This document shows positions 56,718 through 64,000 of a stretch of DNA of 64,000 nucleotides, piece after piece. The stretch spans positions 38,191 to 102,190 of the forward strand of contig CABZLP010000002.1 of assembly GCA_902526565.1 (NCBI GenBank), in the 5' to 3' direction. The position numbers and the translations under genes are program-made. The DNA is from an uncultured Pelagibacteraceae bacterium (lineage in GTDB: Bacteria > Pseudomonadota > Alphaproteobacteria > Pelagibacterales > AG-422-B15). Within the stretch, counting starts at the first letter, position 1. Each line of letters starts with the position of its first letter. The notes under the pieces are model-generated. The model was not told where the DNA came from. It saw only the letters and a program-made list of their open reading frames with translations, and made no database searches.

Positions 56718-57668
56718 TTTAACAAATTCACTTATTTTATTTTCAACTAGTGTTGTTGTTTCTGACGGAAAAGCATTAAAAGCATGATCTGCGCCAGGGA
56801 CAATTATAATTTCTGCATTTGAACCATAACTCAACCATCGACCATACATAAATAATGAGTCGTCCAGCAATAAATCTCTGGTTCCCACAGTAAATAATGC
56901 TGGCGGCATTCCACTTAAATCTCCTTGTATAGGCGAAACGTCAGGCAAGCTTTTATCTACATTTCCTTGAAAGTATGAGTCTCTAAATTTTCTTATCATT
57001 GCATATGATAATAAGAATATTTCGTCTGAACCTTCCTGCCTGATTGCGCTTGGTGTAAGTCGAGCATCGTATGATCCGTAAATAAGGTTTGCACCCTTGA
57101 TAGCATCCAACATTCCTTTACTCTTCAGTCTTAGTAGTGTAACTGCTGATAAGTTTGCACCAGCCGACTCTCCACCAATTACAATTTTTTCCGTATTGAA
57201 TTCTTTCTTTGAATTTTCTATCAACCAAACAGCTGCTGTTTCACAGTCATCTGGAGCAGCTGGATATGGGTTTTTTGGCGCAAGACGATATTCTACACTT
57301 ACTACAATACAATTAAGTTCATTTGAAATTTTTTCTAGAGATTGGTCCTGCATATCTGCGGCACCAATACAGTGACCACCGCCATGTATATGCATATAAA
57401 CAAAATCAGGATTATCGTGATTAAATATTCTTATCATTACTTTCTGATCACCGTTCCCAACTTGCCTATTTTCAGCACGGTCAGAGTATCGTTGGAAAGC
57501 AAGCAATCCACCGCCTTGTCTTCTTATTTCTTGTAAAACATCAAAAGGTATTTCGTGTGATGGAGGGGCATTTGATAGCAAACTCTGTATGTGATCATTC
57601 ATTTCATGAATATCTTTTGATATATTTTTATGATCAAAAGCTTCGGGAGAAATAGACGTAAATAACAT
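56706..57668 (-). CDS. Alpha/beta hydrolase, hormone-sensitive-lipase (family IV) type esterase
   Basis: 320 aa. Motifs: the HGGG oxyanion motif (MHIHGGGH), the nucleophile GESAG, and C-terminal D/H (PGADHAF). Confidence 0.86.
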   Translation of the reverse strand: MLFTSISPEAFDHKNISKDIHEMNDHIQSLLSNAPPSHEIPFDVLQEIRRQGGGLLAFQRYSDRAENRQVGNGDQKVMIRIFNHDNPDFVYMHIHGGGHCIGAADMQDQSLEKISNELNCIVVSVEYRLAPKNPYPAAPDDCETAAVWLIENSKKEFNTEKIVIGGESAGANLSAVTLLRLKSKGMLDAIKGANLIYGSYDARLTPSAIRQEGSDEIFLLSYAMIRKFRDSYFQGNVDKSLPDVSPIQGDLSGMPPALFTVGTRDLLLDDSLFMYGRWLSYGSNAEIIIVPGADHAFNAFPSETTTLVENKISEFVKSVL

Positions 57669-57672
57669 TTTC

Positions 57673-58275
57673 CTAGGTACGCGTTCTAATATAATTAAAA
57701 GTTCTATTTAGAATTAAAACATAAATAGGCAAAAATGCTAGGTAGCAAACTACTAGTTTCAATATGAAATCGTTGAATGCTATCAGATCCCAATTTTCTC
57801 GCATAAACTCGTCTGCAGAATTATAAAATGCCACACCATAAAATAGATATGTATCAATTAATTGCGCAAAAAAGGTGCTTACAACTGGCGCAAGGTACCA
57901 ATAAGAACTTAAATTGAAGCCATCATCGCCTACTCTGTCCCTTACTTTTGAGAATACAAAGACATCAAGCAACTGCCCAATTGAATAAGCTAAAACAGAC
58001 GCGATCGCTATTCTAAAATCAGCAAATATGTATGAAATTATAAAAGCAGGTATAAAGGCATAGCCGATAACTTTACGTGCATTTGTTGCATTCGAAAGTC
58101 GTACTGTCAAATCTGTAGCTAGAACTATAATTGGGAAAGTGAATGTACCAATTGTATAGTCCAAACCAAATATATTTATTGGAAATTGAACTAAATAATT
58201 TGATATAGCAATAATAAAGCAATGCCCCAAAACTAAATAGGTTATTAATTTTCTATTAAGATCCATAGAACTCAT
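57673..58275 (-). CDS. yhhQ: Queuosine-precursor transporter (VUT/YhhQ family)
   Basis: 200 aa. SNYLVQFPINIFG..FTFPIIVLATDLTVR, GQLLDVFVFSKVR and WYLAPVVSTFFAQLIDTYLF parallel E. coli YhhQ (from memory) along the whole length. Confidence 0.88.
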   Translation of the reverse strand: MSSMDLNRKLITYLVLGHCFIIAISNYLVQFPINIFGLDYTIGTFTFPIIVLATDLTVRLSNATNARKVIGYAFIPAFIISYIFADFRIAIASVLAYSIGQLLDVFVFSKVRDRVGDDGFNLSSYWYLAPVVSTFFAQLIDTYLFYGVAFYNSADEFMRENWDLIAFNDFILKLVVCYLAFLPIYVLILNRTFNYIRTRT

Positions 58276-58876
58276 AATTAATCCATATCACTGTTAAAAC
58301 AAGTAAAGTTGCCATGAATCCATTAAATTGATTAATTGCTTTATCTGATTTGATGAAATTATTTAAAAAGACACCAACCGTTGTCCAAGTTAAAACAGCA
58401 AATATATTTGAAATTGTGAATGCAATTAATATCCATATCATGCCAATAATAAAGCTATCAATAAACTCAAAATTCTTAAAATCAGTATAAATAGAAATTG
58501 TTGTTACTGCCATCATGACTCCTTTTGGATTAACATATTGAAACAATGATGATTCCATAAATGTAATGGGCTTTGAGCGACTTTGGTCTTCTGCATTATA
58601 AGAAAAGTAAATGCGATAAGATAAGTATAATAGATAGAATGATCCTAAAATCTGTAATATTGTTTGTATAAATGGAAAGTTATTAAAAATAGTTATTAGT
58701 CCCAAGCTCAAAACAATCAATAAAGACAAAAAACCAAACACTACTCCTGCCATATGAGGAATAGATCGAAAATATCCAAAATTTCTGCCAGACGCTGTTA
58801 GCATTATATTATTAGGGCCAGGTGTTCCAGATTGGATCACACATAATAATAACAAAGGAAAGAAATACTCGATCAT
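58256..58876 (-). CDS. LysE/RhtB-family amino-acid exporter
   Basis: 206 aa with about six TM. It has the N-terminal GTPGPNN motif typical of LysE-family translocators. Confidence 0.85.
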   Translation of the reverse strand: MIEYFFPLLLLCVIQSGTPGPNNIMLTASGRNFGYFRSIPHMAGVVFGFLSLLIVLSLGLITIFNNFPFIQTILQILGSFYLLYLSYRIYFSYNAEDQSRSKPITFMESSLFQYVNPKGVMMAVTTISIYTDFKNFEFIDSFIIGMIWILIAFTISNIFAVLTWTTVGVFLNNFIKSDKAINQFNGFMATLLVLTVIWINYEFYGS

Positions 58877-58889
58877 TTTAGAAATACAT

Positions 58890-59405
58890 TTAGTAAACTA
58901 TAAAGTAAATAGAAGTAATAATCACAATTATCGTTGGCAGTATCATATTGTGAAGATTTTCATCAACTTTATAGGTTTTTATTTGGCCTTTTATTTTGAA
59001 TGGGAGATGCTTATCTTTGCCAGGCAGTAATTTTAATTTCTTTCCAAATGTGTATCTAAACGGTGTTCTGCCTCCGGGATCAGACAATGTCCCTTTAAAT
59101 AGAGGCATGCTGAATATAGTAATTATAAAAGTTCCAAGGAAACCAAAGTACCAAATAAGCCAAAAATAAAGCTGATATGGATAATAAAATTCAGGAATAT
59201 GAATCCATAAAACAATTAAATTTAAAACCATAATTGGGTAGAACCCTAATACTTGCCAAACTACATGAAAGCGTGCATGTCCTATCCAATCAGGATGAGT
59301 GGCATGAGTTTTATTAAAATCTGCAATAGTTGGACCTATCGTTAATAAAATTGATAAAATTGTAAAAACTATTCTTGGTATAGAATTCAGATCATATAGA
59401 TCCAT
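58890..59405 (-). CDS. Hypothetical integral membrane protein (4 predicted TM, His/Trp-rich first loop)
   Basis: 171 aa. There are hydrophobic segments at about 12-30, 48-70, 78-100 and 150-170. I recognise no family. It is tightly packed between the VOC and LysE genes (7-nt and 13-nt spacers). Confidence 0.5.
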   Translation of the reverse strand: MDLYDLNSIPRIVFTILSILLTIGPTIADFNKTHATHPDWIGHARFHVVWQVLGFYPIMVLNLIVLWIHIPEFYYPYQLYFWLIWYFGFLGTFIITIFSMPLFKGTLSDPGGRTPFRYTFGKKLKLLPGKDKHLPFKIKGQIKTYKVDENLHNMILPTIIVIITSIYFIVY

Positions 59406-59412
59406 AAAGATA

Positions 59413-60105
59413 CTATTTAAATTTTTTACGCATATTGATTGCTGCTTGAATACCTGCTACGGGTTTTTTCCCCTCTGGGACTGTGTTTCCTTTTTTGGTG
59501 AGATTTTCAAAGCTTTCTCCTTTTTTGAACATATCATAAAGAATATCAATATCCATGTTTGTGCCCACTGGTTCTTCGGGAAATCCTCTAGCTGATACCT
59601 CATGCTTAAAATCTTCTTCATTTTTCCAGTGCTCAAAAAATATTTCAATAAGATTGCCGTCAGGATCTTTATAATACATTCCAGTTATCCAACCATGATT
59701 AATAGTCCAGTATGGTTTTAAGCCTCGTTCTTTTGCTTTTAAGTAAAATTCAAACCACTTATCTATAGGATTTAATTGATAAGAAATATGGTCTAGTCCA
59801 ACTGCTGATGGTGTAGACCTATTTAGCCATTCTTTAAAGCTTGCTATCAATCTTACAAAAAAATTAAGCTTATCAACCCCTGGCTTAGTGTTCGCGATGG
59901 CTACTCTATGATGTTCTTCATCAAAAGCTAAAAAAGCAATATCATTACTTTTATATAAAGGTTTACATCCAAAAAGTTTTTCATAGAAACTAACCATCTT
60001 ATCGAACTGCATGGTTTTAAAAGCTACATGATGAAAATTATCTGGAGAATACTCAGACCGAAACTTTTTGTATAAATCAAAATTTAAGATTACTTCTTTA
60101 GTCAT
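59413..60105 (-). CDS. VOC-superfamily protein (glyoxalase / extradiol-dioxygenase fold, two modules)
   Basis: 230 aa. Candidate metal-triad residues are FHHVAF (module 1 His), LDHISY (module 2 His) and [10 protein letters not shown] (Glu), the canonical VOC C-terminal motif. Confidence 0.7.
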   Translation of the reverse strand: MTKEVILNFDLYKKFRSEYSPDNFHHVAFKTMQFDKMVSFYEKLFGCKPLYKSNDIAFLAFDEEHHRVAIANTKPGVDKLNFFVRLIASFKEWLNRSTPSAVGLDHISYQLNPIDKWFEFYLKAKERGLKPYWTINHGWITGMYYKDPDGNLIEIFFEHWKNEEDFKHEVSARGFPEEPVGTNMDIDILYDMFKKGESFENLTKKGNTVPEGKKPVAGIQAAINMRKKFK

Positions 60106-60108
60106 AAT

Positions 60109-61818
60109 TTAAACTGTCCAAAACCAATCAGGACCAGGTAAATGAAGAACATGATTTTCTAGGCCTATTTCTTTATCAGTTAACTTATTACACTTTTCAT
60201 TCATTAGCATTAGTAAATCTCTATTATTCTTATTTTTGGAGAGATCATTCATTTCGTAAGGATCGTTCTCTAAATCAAATAATTGAAAATTAGAATTGTT
60301 AGCAACTAGATCATCATAATCATGAGGTATGTTATTCATACGAGGAGAGAAAAATCTTAAAAATTTATATTTTTTGTCTACTACGCCTTTATAATTAAGA
60401 GGAAGACTGAAGTCAGGTAAGAAATTGCCTTCAGAGGCGAATGCTTTAGCTTTATTAACAAAGCCTTCAGCTAGAGCTGTATGTCTAAATTTTTCTGCGA
60501 CTTCAAAAACAGTTGGAATAATTTGAACCCCGTGTATTAAATGACCTTCTACATCTCGATTATTTGCATAATTTACATTTTCAACTAAATGAGCGTAACT
60601 GTTACCTTTTAGTTCAGGAAATTTATTTTTTATTTCTAGCTTATCAAGACCTGCAAATTCCAATATTGAAGGAACGATATCAATATTTGAAATAATTGAA
60701 TTGCACATCTTTTGTTGTTTTAAGTCAGGGTGATATACTAAAGTCGGAACCTTGATTGATTCCTCCCAAGCAACAACTTTTCCTCTTGCTCCTTGTTGTC
60801 CAAGCATTTCTCCATGATCTGAAATCATAAAAATAATTGTATTTTCTAGCTGATCTGTTTCGTGCAGAGTATCAATGAGCATCATTATCCGCCTATCTAC
60901 GTCACGCAAACAATTAAAATAATAATTACAAAACTTTCTCCATAAGTCTGGCCGGTTATATGATATCTCTCCATAGAGAGTATTCATTAGTTCAGTCCCT
61001 ATTTCTGCACCTGCGTCCATACTTTGTCTTGGACCAAAATTCTTTGGAAATTCAAAGTCATGTTCTAAATCATAGATAGGATCATCAGGCGCAAACTCTT
61101 GGTTAGCTGCAATAAATCCAGTTCCTTTAATCTCAGGCGCTGCCCTGTAAAACATAATGTCATGAGGATTGACAAAATTTATAAATGCAGACCATGGCTT
61201 ACTATTGTCTTTGTTTTCTAAAATAAATCTAGAAGCATCTCTGGCAGTTAATCCATCGTATTTATATCCACCTTGTCCCAAATCTCTTTCACCTGGCTGA
61301 TTAGAATTATCAAATCCATATTTACTAAACATTTGCTTCATGCCTTCATAGCCAAGAGCGTTCTCATTTACATTGCTTTCAGTAATATTTGTTAGATGCC
61401 ACTTGCCAAAATATCCAGTTTCATAATTTTGATTTCTCATCATATGGCCTATGGTATTTACATTGTCGTACAAGCCTGGCACCCAAGGTGTGACTGTATT
61501 GTCCCATACACCAGTAAATTGAACATGTTGACCTGTATAAACTGAACTACGAGCGGGTGAACAGATCGGTGTAGAAGTGTAAGATCGATTAAAATAAGTT
61601 GATATACTCTCGAGATATCTTCTAGCCGGTAAATCAATACTCTTGGGTATATATGGCCATGCCCTTTCTTGGTCATTTAATATTAAAAGAATATTGTAAT
61701 TTTTTGCCTTTATGTAAGCTGGTGCTTGTTGCGTCATTAAGATTGAACTTAATCCAGCTAATGTCACTGAAGCAGCAGATTGTTTGATAAAAGATCGTCT
61801 TGAAATTTTTTTATTCAT
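60109..61818 (-). CDS. Cys-type (formylglycine-dependent) sulfatase with twin-arginine signal peptide
   Basis: The track start at 61833 is TTG. I prefer ATG 61816-61818 (MNKKISRRSFIKQSAASVTLAGLSS..APA). The sulfatase signature is CSPARSSVYTGQH (C-x-P-x-R), and GKWH and the DHGE-like SDHGEMLG are also present. Confidence 0.88.
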   Translation of the reverse strand: MNKKISRRSFIKQSAASVTLAGLSSILMTQQAPAYIKAKNYNILLILNDQERAWPYIPKSIDLPARRYLESISTYFNRSYTSTPICSPARSSVYTGQHVQFTGVWDNTVTPWVPGLYDNVNTIGHMMRNQNYETGYFGKWHLTNITESNVNENALGYEGMKQMFSKYGFDNSNQPGERDLGQGGYKYDGLTARDASRFILENKDNSKPWSAFINFVNPHDIMFYRAAPEIKGTGFIAANQEFAPDDPIYDLEHDFEFPKNFGPRQSMDAGAEIGTELMNTLYGEISYNRPDLWRKFCNYYFNCLRDVDRRIMMLIDTLHETDQLENTIIFMISDHGEMLGQQGARGKVVAWEESIKVPTLVYHPDLKQQKMCNSIISNIDIVPSILEFAGLDKLEIKNKFPELKGNSYAHLVENVNYANNRDVEGHLIHGVQIIPTVFEVAEKFRHTALAEGFVNKAKAFASEGNFLPDFSLPLNYKGVVDKKYKFLRFFSPRMNNIPHDYDDLVANNSNFQLFDLENDPYEMNDLSKNKNNRDLLMLMNEKCNKLTDKEIGLENHVLHLPGPDWFWTV

Positions 61819-61892
61819 ATTGAAAAAAAACAATATACAATAATTTGTCTTGATACAATTCTAGCTTTTAGATATTCAATATACATAAACAT

Positions 61893-62786
61893 ATGAAATT
61901 AGTTACTTTTTTACATAATAACAATCTAAGCATCGGTGCGGTCAAAGATGATCTGATTATTAGTTTTGCCCAATCATCTCTTCCTAAAAATATGATTGAC
62001 TTTATTGAACTTGGTAGCGATGGACTTGATACAGCTAATGACCTAGTTGAAAAAGGTGAAGATAAAATAGAACTAAGTAAAGTAGAATTGTGTGCGCCTA
62101 TTCCTAAGCCAAGTAAGATACTTGCTGTAGGTTTGAATTATAAAGAACATAAAGATGAAGTTGCAGAAACGGCAGCAAACACTATTGGCAAGGCGCAGGA
62201 AAAATATCCAAATATATTTAATAAACAAAATAGCTCAGTTGTTGGTCCTTTCGATTTAATACATAGGCCAAGAGCATCAGAATTTTTAGACTACGAAGGT
62301 GAGCTAGGTTTTGTTATTGGGAAAAAATGTCGTCATGTTCCTTACGACAGTGCTGCGAACGTTATTTATGGATACACAGTTGTTAATGACGTCACTATTA
62401 GAGATTGGCAGATGCGTGGACCGCCAATGACGATGACCATGGGCAAATCATGGGATACGCATTGCCCTTTTGGACCTTACCTAGTAACCAGTGACGAAGT
62501 TGGTGATCCTCACAATTTAAAACTCGAAACTCATGTTAATGGCGAACTAAGACAATCAGCATCAACAAGTGATTTAATTTTTGATTGTTTTACTCTTGTT
62601 GAATACTTATCAACTGCATTTACTTTAGAGCCAGGCGATCTAATTCCAACAGGTACTCCAGCTGGATCAGCAGTAATGACAAGAAATTGGCTCAAAGCAG
62701 ATGATGAAGTAAAGATTGAGATTGAAAAATTAGGCTTTATTAAAAACAAAGTTATTGAAGAGCCAGAAGATACTCCCGTATATTAA
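61893..62786 (+). CDS. Fumarylacetoacetate hydrolase (FAH) family protein
   Basis: 297 aa. Motifs: ILAVGLNYKEH, DYEGELGFVIGK, VVNDVTIRDWQ, PGDLIPTGTPAG. Confidence 0.88.
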   Translation: MKLVTFLHNNNLSIGAVKDDLIISFAQSSLPKNMIDFIELGSDGLDTANDLVEKGEDKIELSKVELCAPIPKPSKILAVGLNYKEHKDEVAETAANTIGKAQEKYPNIFNKQNSSVVGPFDLIHRPRASEFLDYEGELGFVIGKKCRHVPYDSAANVIYGYTVVNDVTIRDWQMRGPPMTMTMGKSWDTHCPFGPYLVTSDEVGDPHNLKLETHVNGELRQSASTSDLIFDCFTLVEYLSTAFTLEPGDLIPTGTPAGSAVMTRNWLKADDEVKIEIEKLGFIKNKVIEEPEDTPVY

Positions 62787-62791
62787 ATCAA

Positions 62792-64000
62792 GTGATTGAA
62801 ACCGAATATGATGTAGTTGTTACAGGGTATGGTCCCGTGGGTGAAACGTGTGCAAATCTCCTTGGTTATTATGGGATCAAAGCATTGATTCTAGATAAAG
62901 AAAAAAATGCCTACCCTTTACCAAGAGCGATTACATGGGATGCTGAATGCCAGCGAGCAATGTCGCACTGCGAATTCTTAAGCGAAGTAAAGACCAGAAA
63001 AATAAGAGGCGTTGATAATAAGGACGCTAATAAAAAATCAATCATGAAAATTACAACTGAGGGTTTTGACACATATAACTATCAGCATAGAATTTTGTTT
63101 ATTCATCAACCACAATTTGATGAGGCGCATAGAGAAAACGCAGAAAAATACTCAACAAATACCATAAAAACAGGCAGTGAGCTTCTAGCGGTAAATGAAA
63201 TAAATGGAGTCATTAATTGTACATACAAAAATATTGATACCAATGAGCAGTTCACAGTTACAAGCAAGTATCTTTTAGCATGTGACGGTGCAAACAGCAC
63301 AGTTAGAAAGCTTAACAATATCAAATTGAATAGTCTTGATGCTGACGAATCCTGGATGGTAGTTGATGGATATACTAAAAGTAGTTTTGACTGTTTCACA
63401 GATATAGATGCTATTCAATATTGTAATCCAACTAGGCCAACGACGATTATTCAAGGTGTAGAAAATTGCTTTAGATTTGAAATTGCATTTATGCCTGGAG
63501 ATACCGTTGAAGAGATACAAAAAGAAAGTGTGTTTAGAAAATATATTGATCAATGGATTGGCGATAATGAAGTAGAATTTAGCAGAACTGCGGTGTACTC
63601 CTTTCATGCAGCGGCTGCTGAGAGATGGAGTAATGGAAATATTTTTCTTCTTGGTGATGCAGCTCACCAGATGCCCCCCTTTATGGGGCAAGGCATGAAC
63701 TCTGGCTGCAGAGATGCTGAGAACTTACTCTGGAAGATTAATGGTGTACTGAAAGGCCTTTATAAGTCAAAAATTTTAAATACTTATGAAACAGAAAGAA
63801 AACCTCATGTTGAACGTATTACAAGAGCAGCTATCAAAATGGGTGGAGTTATAAATGCAAAAAGTAAGTTTAAAGCTTTTATCCGTAACACTACGTTAAG
63901 GATACAGGGTCACTTCAAAGGCAAAGAAAATGTATTTCCTATTCTGAATGGAAACCGTCTTGGCCAAGGAGTACACAATATGCCTAAAATTAAAGATGTC
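62792..64000 (+). CDS. FAD-dependent aromatic-ring monooxygenase (PHBH fold; MhpA/PheA-like), N-terminal 403 codons, continues past window end
   Basis: Absent from the ORF track because it has no stop in the window. My own translation from GTG 62792 reads VIETEYDVVVTGYGPVGETCANLLGYYGIKALILDKE (a GxGxxG variant plus acidic end), ..LLACDGANSTVRK.., ..FLLGDAAHQMPPFMGQGMNSGCRDAENLLWKI (GD motif). The frame is open to base 64000. The two minus-strand track ORFs here (63106..63399, 63275..63691) are shadows. Confidence 0.82.
   Translation, partial: MIETEYDVVVTGYGPVGETCANLLGYYGIKALILDKEKNAYPLPRAITWDAECQRAMSHCEFLSEVKTRKIRGVDNKDANKKSIMKITTEGFDTYNYQHRILFIHQPQFDEAHRENAEKYSTNTIKTGSELLAVNEINGVINCTYKNIDTNEQFTVTSKYLLACDGANSTVRKLNNIKLNSLDADESWMVVDGYTKSSFDCFTDIDAIQYCNPTRPTTIIQGVENCFRFEIAFMPGDTVEEIQKESVFRKYIDQWIGDNEVEFSRTAVYSFHAAAAERWSNGNIFLLGDAAHQMPPFMGQGMNSGCRDAENLLWKINGVLKGLYKSKILNTYETERKPHVERITRAAIKMGGVINAKSKFKAFIRNTTLRIQGHFKGKENVFPILNGNRLGQGVHNMPKIKDV

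Noticed and set aside
1-64000. A search for rRNA, tRNA or tmRNA genes, CRISPR arrays, IS elements or inverted terminal repeats, integrases, toxin-antitoxin pairs and known defence-system genes.
   Set aside because: I found none. All spacers longer than 100 bp (988-1162, 17196-17316, 30590-30746, 31779-31882, 45245-45511, 54936-55078) lack tRNA-like GC-rich stems or regularly spaced repeats. Every long ORF has a metabolic or housekeeping assignment.

Overview
This 64-kb window comes from an AT-rich, very gene-dense bacterial chromosome. I count 59 protein-coding genes. Two are truncated by the window edges and are missing from the ORF track: nnr at 1-987 (-) and a GTG-started FAD monooxygenase at 62792-64000 (+). 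Summing the spacers gives about 2.3 kb of non-coding DNA, so roughly 96% of the window is coding. I found no rRNA, tRNA, CRISPR array, IS/transposase, integrase or phage gene, and no DNA-binding transcription factor gene. Gene content and synteny (glnB-glnA, argS-nagZ-scpAB-tatABC-serS-surE-yajC-secDF, ICE-like iron boxes) suggest a streamlined marine alphaproteobacterium. It is not a PII-less SAR11 type, because glnB is present. This taxonomic placement is an inference.

Layout:
- Nitrogen assimilation: glnB-glnII-glnA.
- Acyl-CoA metabolism: acyl-CoA dehydrogenase, carboxyltransferase, aldehyde dehydrogenase, crotonase.
- DNA topology and repair: parE, gyrA, ssb, uvrA, xth, dgt.
- Queuosine: tgt, queA, yhhQ.
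- A 19-gene co-directional housekeeping run (dgt to secF). It contains a 5.6-kb iron cassette: DUF1111 di-haem protein, FbpA-like SBP, Prx5 peroxiredoxin, FbpB, FbpC.
- A PotD-family ABC transporter with an agmatinase-family ureohydrolase.
- A single-domain MetE homologue, then ald, a methyltransferase, xsc, an omega-aminotransferase and fadBA-type genes.
- A lipid-hydrolase trio (NRDE, patatin, HSL-type esterase).
- A divergent sulfatase/VOC versus FAH/flavin-monooxygenase cluster.

I do not see a clear, wholly novel multi-gene system such as a defence island or an orphan operon of unknown genes. The best leads are:
1. The iron cassette, with three copies of one ~29-nt Fur/ICE-like box and an embedded peroxiredoxin.
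2. The ureohydrolase-linked transporter next to taurine/sulfoacetaldehyde genes. It has a Tat-signal SBP and a permease with a 117-aa extra-TM acidic tail, and may import a guanidino compound.
3. The sulfatase/VOC/FAH/monooxygenase cluster, possibly for aryl-sulfate catabolism.
4. The orphan core-MetE homologue behind the longest spacer in the window.

All functional assignments rest on motif recognition by eye. No database search was run.
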